From a virus (lineage: Duplodnaviria > Caudoviricetes): DNA of 51,645 nt. The translations under genes were made by a program, and so were the position numbers. Each line of letters starts with the position of its first letter. The stretch's first letter is position 1. The DNA lies in the IMG/VR virus record IMGVR_UViG_3300023232_000001, positions 1 through 51,645 of that record; one strand, written 5' to 3'. The notes beneath the pieces are model-generated. The model was given only the letters and a program-made list of their open reading frames with translations, was not told the origin of the DNA and searched no databases. Below are positions 46,007 to 51,645 of the stretch, piece after piece.

Positions 46007-47485
46007 ATGGCAAAGTTTAACAATATGATTATTACAAATAAAGGTCAGAATCTTTACACAAAAGTTCAGGCTGGAGCAGAATTACATTTCACAAAAATTA
46101 TGATTGGTTCAGGAGTAATTGGGAGTATAAATCCAGCAACATTAACAAGATTAATCGAACCTAAATTTGATGGTGGAATTCAATCAATAAGTCCAAATAC
46201 TGAGTTAAAGACTGCTACAATAAGCGTAATGATAAATAATTCAAATGTAATTGAATCTACTTATGTTTGTGAGATGGGATTATTTGCAGAAGATCCAGAT
46301 GACGGAGAAATTTTGTATGGATATACTTCAGCAGATAATTATGGAGATTATATAGCTCCAGCAACAAGTGGTCCTTATAGTTGGAATTATCAAATTATAG
46401 CAGCAGTAGGAAATGCCAGCAATGTAACAGTAGAATTAAGTAATTTAACTTATGACTATGGTGTGATAAGTACTAATACAACACTTTTCTATTTAGCTGG
46501 AGGAAATCAAAAAGAGATTAATAAATCAATTGATAATCTATTTAGGACATACTTAACATCTAATAGTGGTAACATCTATACAATTACAACTTCTAACATA
46601 ACTGCATTAAGTTTAAAGGATGGATTTCCACTTAGTTTAAAAATTAATGCTAATAGTTCTGGTGCTGCAAGTATAAAAATAAATTCATTGAATGCTATAT
46701 TATTAAAAAAAGCTAATGGTTCAGATGTAAAATTATACAAAGATGGTATCTATTCATTTAAATATAATGAAACTACAAAAAATTTTATGTTACAGGGTGA
46801 AGGGGGTGGTGGAGATGCAATAGCAGCACAATTATTAATTAATAAAAAAGCAAATGTTGATGCTGGAGATATAGTTGGCACAATGCCTGATAATGGACCA
46901 CTAAATGCTCAATTGCCGATAAACGGTATATATGAAATACCAGCCGGATATACTCAAGGTGGAAAAGTAACTCAAAGTATTCCAACAAAAACAGCTGCAA
47001 CAATTACTCCTAGTACAGTTGATCAAGTAATAGCAGCAGGACAATATATACAAGAACCTCAAATTATAAAAGGTGATCCTAACTTAATACCAGCAAATAT
47101 ACCGCTAAATAAAACTATATTTGGAGTTACAGGTACAACAGAAATGTTTAAACACGAAATAATATCATCTAGTTATAAACCAGATGGTCTAGGGCATGGA
47201 GTACAGATGGCATTTCAACTATTAGGGACTCCTGTTGTTATAATATTTGCCGGATGTATAATGTTAATAAATCATAATAGAATAATAATGGAACATCCAA
47301 CTCTCCAAACAAGTGCTGATGTAGCTACAGGTAGCGATGGCATGTCTACTTATCGCGCAAGTTTTAATCAACCAATGAATGAGAATTACATTAGTTACGA
47401 TGAAAGGACAAAAATATTTACGCTAGATTGTTGGCTACCGCTTGGAGATCCTTTTCAAATAGAATATTATTATTTACCTAATTAG
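46007..47485 (+). CDS. Tail fibre protein 2 (baseplate-anchoring N-terminus)
   Basis: ITNKG..FTKI.IGSG, EMGLFAEDPD.GEILY, NFMLQGEGGG. Confidence 0.82.
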   Translation: MAKFNNMIITNKGQNLYTKVQAGAELHFTKIMIGSGVIGSINPATLTRLIEPKFDGGIQSISPNTELKTATISVMINNSNVIESTYVCEMGLFAEDPDDGEILYGYTSADNYGDYIAPATSGPYSWNYQIIAAVGNASNVTVELSNLTYDYGVISTNTTLFYLAGGNQKEINKSIDNLFRTYLTSNSGNIYTITTSNITALSLKDGFPLSLKINANSSGAASIKINSLNAILLKKANGSDVKLYKDGIYSFKYNETTKNFMLQGEGGGGDAIAAQLLINKKANVDAGDIVGTMPDNGPLNAQLPINGIYEIPAGYTQGGKVTQSIPTKTAATITPSTVDQVIAAGQYIQEPQIIKGDPNLIPANIPLNKTIFGVTGTTEMFKHEIISSSYKPDGLGHGVQMAFQLLGTPVVIIFAGCIMLINHNRIIMEHPTLQTSADVATGSDGMSTYRASFNQPMNENYISYDERTKIFTLDCWLPLGDPFQIEYYYLPN

Positions 47486-47614
47486 ATATTAATGTTTCAC
47501 AATAGGAGAAAGGTGCGTAGCAAGTAAACAAAATATATAATCAATATTAGAGGACTTTCAGGAGTCTTTTTTTGTTGCTTATCTTTATAAAATTTGAAGT
47601 AAGGAAGGTGACAC

Positions 47615-48028
47615 ATGGAAAATATATCAAAGTACTTTAAAACATTAATCGTATTATTAGGCACTGCTTTTACTTGGTTGTTTGGGGCATGGGATACTGC
47701 GTTAGAGGTTCTAGTAACATTTATAGTTTTAGACTATTTGACAGGAGTAGTCAGAGGATATGTAGATAAAAAATTAAGTTCAGATGTAGGACTTAAAGGA
47801 ATTGCCAGAAAAGCAGTTATTTTTTCAGTTTTAATTGTTGCTGTATTGCTAGACAGATTAATAAATTCAGGAACATGGGTATTTAGAACAATGACTTGTT
47901 ATTTCTATATAGCAAATGAAGGCTTAAGTTTAATAGAAAATGCAATAGGATTAGGTGCCCCAGCACCACCAAAGTTAAAAGAAGCATTAGCACAATTAAA
48001 AGGTGGAAAGAAAAAAGAAATTAAATAG
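47615..48028 (+). CDS. Holin (phage holin 4/toxin-secretion type)
   Basis: DYLTG, SSDVGLKGIARK, NEGLS.IENA..G.P.P..L. Confidence 0.9.
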   Translation: MENISKYFKTLIVLLGTAFTWLFGAWDTALEVLVTFIVLDYLTGVVRGYVDKKLSSDVGLKGIARKAVIFSVLIVAVLLDRLINSGTWVFRTMTCYFYIANEGLSLIENAIGLGAPAPPKLKEALAQLKGGKKKEIK

Positions 48029-48082
48029 TAGCTAACGCTGCTCTTTTATAATACAAAAAATAAGAAAAAGGTGGAATGTAAA

Positions 48083-48523
48083 ATGTTTATTATTAATTTA
48101 GAAGCGAGAATGAAAAATAAAAATTGGTGGATACAAATTGTTTCAGGAGCAGTGTTAATTTGTGCTTATTTCGGATTAGACTTAACTAAGTACATAGGAA
48201 AAGATTGGGCAAACTTAGTAGGAATTATTTTTTCTATACTAACATTGCTTGGTATAACTGTAGATAATTCTACGAAAGGATTAAGTGATCAAGTTATATC
48301 TAATACAACTGTAGAAGCTATCAAAGCAGCAGAGACTAAAGAAGAAGTTAAAATAGAAGCTTCAACCACTGTGATAAATAATACAGTTACCGAAAATAGT
48401 CAATCTACACAAATAGAGAACTTAAATGCTTCATCAAAAATTGTTGTAGATAATCCTGAAAATATACAAGCTATAGGACACGAAGTTAATCCAATTAGTG
48501 CAACTTCACCAAGTTCAAACTAG
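48083..48523 (+). CDS. Second holin (phi LC3-like) with long hydrophilic C-terminal tail
   Basis: IN...R.KNK.WW, LGI.VD.ST.G.SD. Confidence 0.8.
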   Translation: MFIINLEARMKNKNWWIQIVSGAVLICAYFGLDLTKYIGKDWANLVGIIFSILTLLGITVDNSTKGLSDQVISNTTVEAIKAAETKEEVKIEASTTVINNTVTENSQSTQIENLNASSKIVVDNPENIQAIGHEVNPISATSPSSN

Positions 48524-48539
48524 GAAGGAGATAATAAAA

Positions 48540-49328
48540 ATGAGTAGCAAATGGAAATGGTGCCTTGAAAAAGATGATGAAACATTACAAGCTGGATGGG
48601 TTCGAATCGGTGACTATTGGTATTATTTAAAAACTAATGGGACAATGGCTATTGGCTGGATTAAGCATACAGATGACCAATGGTATTACTTAGATGATGG
48701 TACTGGTAGAATGGTTACTGGGTGGAAAAAAATAAATGATAAATGGTATTATTTAAAATCAGATGGTTCAATGGCTGCTAATACTACTATAGATGGATAT
48801 AAATTAGATATAAATGGAGTTTGGCAAGAAAATATATTATCTGATGCTGGAGCAGATTATATTGGACGGTGGGAAGGTTTTTGGGAAAGAGCAAAATATG
48901 ATCCTTGTTATCCAGGAGTAGACAAATATATAACAATAGGATATGGTACAACGGTGGAAGCTAGACCAGATGCATTTCCAAATGGAATTGATTCAACTTG
49001 CACAAAAGAACAGGCTATGAAATGGGTTATAGAAGAAGGACAAGAAAAAGCTGAAACCGTAAAAAATGATCTAGATAGCAGAAATATTACTTTAAATCAA
49101 AATGAAATGGATGCATTGATTTCATTTTCTTATAATTGTGGTGCAGGATCTCTATTAAGTTCTACATTATATAAAAATATTATAAATGGCATAAGAGATG
49201 CAGACACAATAACTTCTAATTTCTTAGCTTGGAATAAAGCAAATGGAAAAGTAGAACCTGGATTAACAAGAAGAAGGCAAAGTGAAGCAAATCTTTTCTT
49301 AAATGCCGACTATACAGGAAATAATTAA
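48540..49328 (+). CDS. Endolysin: cell-wall (choline)-binding repeats + GH24 lysozyme
   Basis: WYYL...G.M..GW repeats; WEG..TIGYG, NQNE.DALISF.YN.G, GL.RRR..E. Confidence 0.92.
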   Translation: MSSKWKWCLEKDDETLQAGWVRIGDYWYYLKTNGTMAIGWIKHTDDQWYYLDDGTGRMVTGWKKINDKWYYLKSDGSMAANTTIDGYKLDINGVWQENILSDAGADYIGRWEGFWERAKYDPCYPGVDKYITIGYGTTVEARPDAFPNGIDSTCTKEQAMKWVIEEGQEKAETVKNDLDSRNITLNQNEMDALISFSYNCGAGSLLSSTLYKNIINGIRDADTITSNFLAWNKANGKVEPGLTRRRQSEANLFLNADYTGNN

Positions 49329-49347
49329 AATTAAATATTAGAGTTTT

Positions 49348-49391
49348 AAAGGGCAGTATGGAGATTTATTTCTCTGTACTGCCCTTTTTTA
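49348..49391 (+). terminator. Intrinsic terminator after lysis cassette
   Basis: AAAGGGCAGTATGGAG..CTCTGTACTGCCCTTTTT. Confidence 0.85.
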
Positions 49392-49437
49392 TTGCCTATT
49401 ACATGTAAAAATATTACAATATTATTAGGGTGATGTT

Positions 49438-49635
49438 ATGGGTGTAAAAAATAAACTTAAAGAGATTCGAATGAGAGAGTATGCTATGAATCAAAAGGAA
49501 TTTGCAGAATACCTGGATATAGGGATTACTACATATTGTAATTGGGAAAAAGAAACTAGTAGGCCTACTTTAGAGAAAGCTATAGAAATAGCTGATAAAT
49601 TAAAGAAAGATATAAAACAAATTTGGTACCTATAA
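49438..49635 (+). CDS. XRE-family HTH protein
   Basis: NKLKEIR..MNQKEFAEYL.I..TTYCNWE..PTLE. Confidence 0.88.
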   Translation: MGVKNKLKEIRMREYAMNQKEFAEYLDIGITTYCNWEKETSRPTLEKAIEIADKLKKDIKQIWYL

Positions 49636-49739
49636 CAATAGGTGCCATTTTTTATTTTTGAATATAATTTTAAACTTATGAATTAAATTCAAAACATTTG
49701 AATACATATATAACAAATGATTTAAAAGGAGACATTGGA

Positions 49740-49898
49740 ATGGAAAGGTTACGTATTGTACTGGAATTCAGCAAATGGAAGATAGAAGACTTACAGTTAT
49801 TTAGGGAACTAAATAAATATAGTAATCCAGCAGCACATGCTAAAGATGCTCTTAAGGGATTGGTCCCATTGCCAACATTGGATACTAAAAAAAAATGA
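49740..49898 (+). CDS. Small RHH-like protein
   Basis: LRIVLEF strand plus helices; same pattern as ORF 54-296. Confidence 0.5.
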   Translation: MERLRIVLEFSKWKIEDLQLFRELNKYSNPAAHAKDALKGLVPLPTLDTKKK

Positions 49899-50000
49899 TT
49901 AAACAGTAAAAGAGACGTGCATTGTGTGCACACTGGCATTCTTTTTATCTCTTTTAGGGGGATAAATATTTTTAAATAGCAGTGGGGGAGTGGTAAAAAA

Positions 50001-50213
50001 ATGTTTGAAGATATAAAAGAAATTATAAAATTATTCTTTGAAACTAAAAAAGACAAGTCTTATGATCCATACAGAGATGAAAAAATTTATGTTCGAGTTA
50101 CTTCAGATGAAAAAGATATGATTAAAAGATTAGCTAAAATCCAAGGCCGAGATGTATCCAATTTTATACGATGGCTGGCATTAAATAAATACTTGAATGA
50201 TTTTATAAAATAA
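50001..50213 (+). CDS. RHH protein (MobC/antitoxin-like fold)
   Basis: RDEKIYVRVT.DEK..I...A......S.FIR. Confidence 0.7.
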   Translation: MFEDIKEIIKLFFETKKDKSYDPYRDEKIYVRVTSDEKDMIKRLAKIQGRDVSNFIRWLALNKYLNDFIK

Positions 50214-50428
50214 TTTATAAAATAAAAATGTATGCATCAGATTATTTGTTAATCAATGTATACATTTTTTATTTTGTTTTAATAGACTACACTCTAAAAC
50301 AATAATTAAATTATAGCTATAACTTGTTTATTTGAAGTTGTAAAATGCATTTATAAATAAATGTTTAAAGAATATTAAAGGTTTTTGGCAGCCTTTGTAT
50401 AAATAGTTATATGAAGGGGGTGAAAATT

Positions 50429-50668
50429 ATGCCAAATGCTAATACATTAGATCAAAGAGTTACAAAACTTGAAAAAGAAGTTGCTTATTTAAGATTTCAA
50501 AATAATGTTCTAATTAATAAAGATGATAATGAAGTGCTTTCTGAAATTCGAGAAAAATTGATTCATGAAAAAGAAAATTGGGAAAAAGATGATAGCGTAT
50601 TTCAAAAAGGGAAACTAGAAGATTTAGAAGGAAAAATTAAATTTGTAGAAAAGTTTATAAAAAAATAG
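50429..50668 (+). CDS. Hypothetical coiled-coil protein
   Basis: RBS AAGGGGGTG; own terminator 50675-50706. Confidence 0.6.
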   Translation: MPNANTLDQRVTKLEKEVAYLRFQNNVLINKDDNEVLSEIREKLIHEKENWEKDDSVFQKGKLEDLEGKIKFVEKFIKK

Positions 50669-50832
50669 CTTTCATAGAACTCTAGAGATAGAGTTCTATT
50701 TTTTTTGTATCAAAAACAATGGTTTTATATCTCATATATAACAAAAGTGTCAAATAAACTATTTAGCAAAATGTTTAAGATGCAAGTGTCAAAATATATT
50801 GACCAATAGATTAAATGACAGTATAATCAAAG

Positions 50833-50860
50833 TATCAATTAATCTATAGTTTAATTGATA
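50833..50860. promoter_or_regulatory. Putative 28-bp res subsite of resolvase 4
   Basis: TATCAATTAA-N8-TTAATTGATA; related GT(A/G)TCAAA half-sites at about 50707, 50748, 50786. Confidence 0.55.
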
Positions 50861-50883
50861 TATAATAATATGAGGTGGATAGT

Positions 50884-51552
50884 ATGAGTAATTATTTTAG
50901 CTACATGAGAATATCAACAAAAGAGGCATCGGATAAACAAAGTTTTAACAGACAAGAGAAGAGTTTAAAAGCATATGCAGAAAATGACAAAATTGAATAT
51001 ACACTAAGTTTTAAAGATGATTGTACAGGCTCAACATTCAACAGACCTAATTGGATAAGGTTAGAAAGTTTACTCCATGAAGGTGATACAATTATATTTA
51101 AAGAAATATCACGTTTCACAAGACAAGCAGAAGAAGGCTATAAAAAATTCATGGAATTAATGAATAAAGGAATTAATCTTATCTTTATAGATAATATGAC
51201 CGTTTCAACTGATTATATAAAGAATTTAACAAGGGTAGCACATGAACAAGATTTAGTGGCTAAGACTGCATTAGAAAGCACTATAAAATTACTATTAATA
51301 GTTGAATTGGATAGAGTACAGAAAGAGCGTGAGATAATTGTTAAACGCATAAAACAAGGTATTGATGCATCAAACAAAAAAAGTGGTAGAATTAATGGCA
51401 ACTTAGATAAAATGTCTAGTGAGTTGAGAAGTGATATAGTTGAGTTTGTAGGAAATAGAAGTATTAAACAAATTGATTTGATGAATAAACACAATATCAG
51501 CAGAAATACATTAAAAAAATATGTTGAAATAGTTAAAAGTGAGGCTAAATAA
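50884..51552 (+). CDS. Serine recombinase, resolvase family (4 of 4)
   Basis: FSYMRIST..Q..RQ, ISRFTR, SGR, SRNTLKKY. Confidence 0.92.
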   Translation: MSNYFSYMRISTKEASDKQSFNRQEKSLKAYAENDKIEYTLSFKDDCTGSTFNRPNWIRLESLLHEGDTIIFKEISRFTRQAEEGYKKFMELMNKGINLIFIDNMTVSTDYIKNLTRVAHEQDLVAKTALESTIKLLLIVELDRVQKEREIIVKRIKQGIDASNKKSGRINGNLDKMSSELRSDIVEFVGNRSIKQIDLMNKHNISRNTLKKYVEIVKSEAK

Positions 51553-51581
51553 AAGGGTACCTAGTATATGGTACTCTTTTT
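51551..51581 (+). terminator. Intrinsic terminator
   Basis: AAAAGGGTACC..GGTACTCTTTTT. Confidence 0.75.
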
Positions 51582-51645
51582 CATATACAATATTATAAAA
51601 TACAAATTAAATACATTGTATTGTATTGCAAATACACTGTATTAA

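Larger units (their letters stand above)
1..51645. mobile_element. Temperate contractile-tailed phage genome (prophage or phage-plasmid) of a Clostridium
   Basis: Ordered immunity, replication, packaging, head, sheath/tube, baseplate, fibre and lysis modules fill the window; no host housekeeping genes seen. Confidence 0.93.

Noticed and set aside
43478-47485. Invertase-driven tail-fibre shufflon
   Set aside because: No inverted fibre-tip cassettes or flanking inverted repeats; no resolvase adjacent to the fibres
994-51494. Numerous minus-strand ORFs of 60-157 aa opposite real genes
   Set aside because: Antisense shadows rich in F/L/S/I, without RBS; only 1768-2142 and 4529-4924 are supported
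1-51645. tRNA or rRNA genes
   Set aside because: No cloverleaf or rRNA-like sequence noticed by eye; tRNAscan not run

Overview
An apparently intact or near-intact ~51.6 kb temperate myovirus genome from a low-GC Clostridium. The choline-binding-type endolysin repeats and the RRNPP peptide style suggest the solventogenic C. beijerinckii/saccharoperbutylacetonicum group (inference). Gene order: plasmid-like replicon (phased DnaA boxes, antisense-controlled rep1), XRE regulator, RRNPP receptor with an unannotated 53-aa signal peptide, a 35-aa putative antirepressor under two promoters (one with an upstream inverted repeat, one with a LexA box), a non-cleavable CI-like repressor and three-operator switch, lytic rep2 with iterons, a Spo0E-like ORF, an early accessory region of small genes bounded by a recurring TAR-TNCRYAAT-AC motif, a short tyrosine recombinase, packaging/head/contractile-tail genes, two holins and an endolysin. 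Four divergent solo serine resolvases, each behind its own res-like site, are scattered through the genome. No full-length integrase is visible, so a phage-plasmid lifestyle is plausible but unproven. Best candidates for undescribed biology: (1) an arbitrium-like, clostridial Qsr/Qsp-type peptide switch that appears wired together with SOS input onto a mini-antirepressor; (2) a motif-bounded, integron-like gene-cassette array. All functional calls come from motifs and synteny read by eye; no database searches were run.
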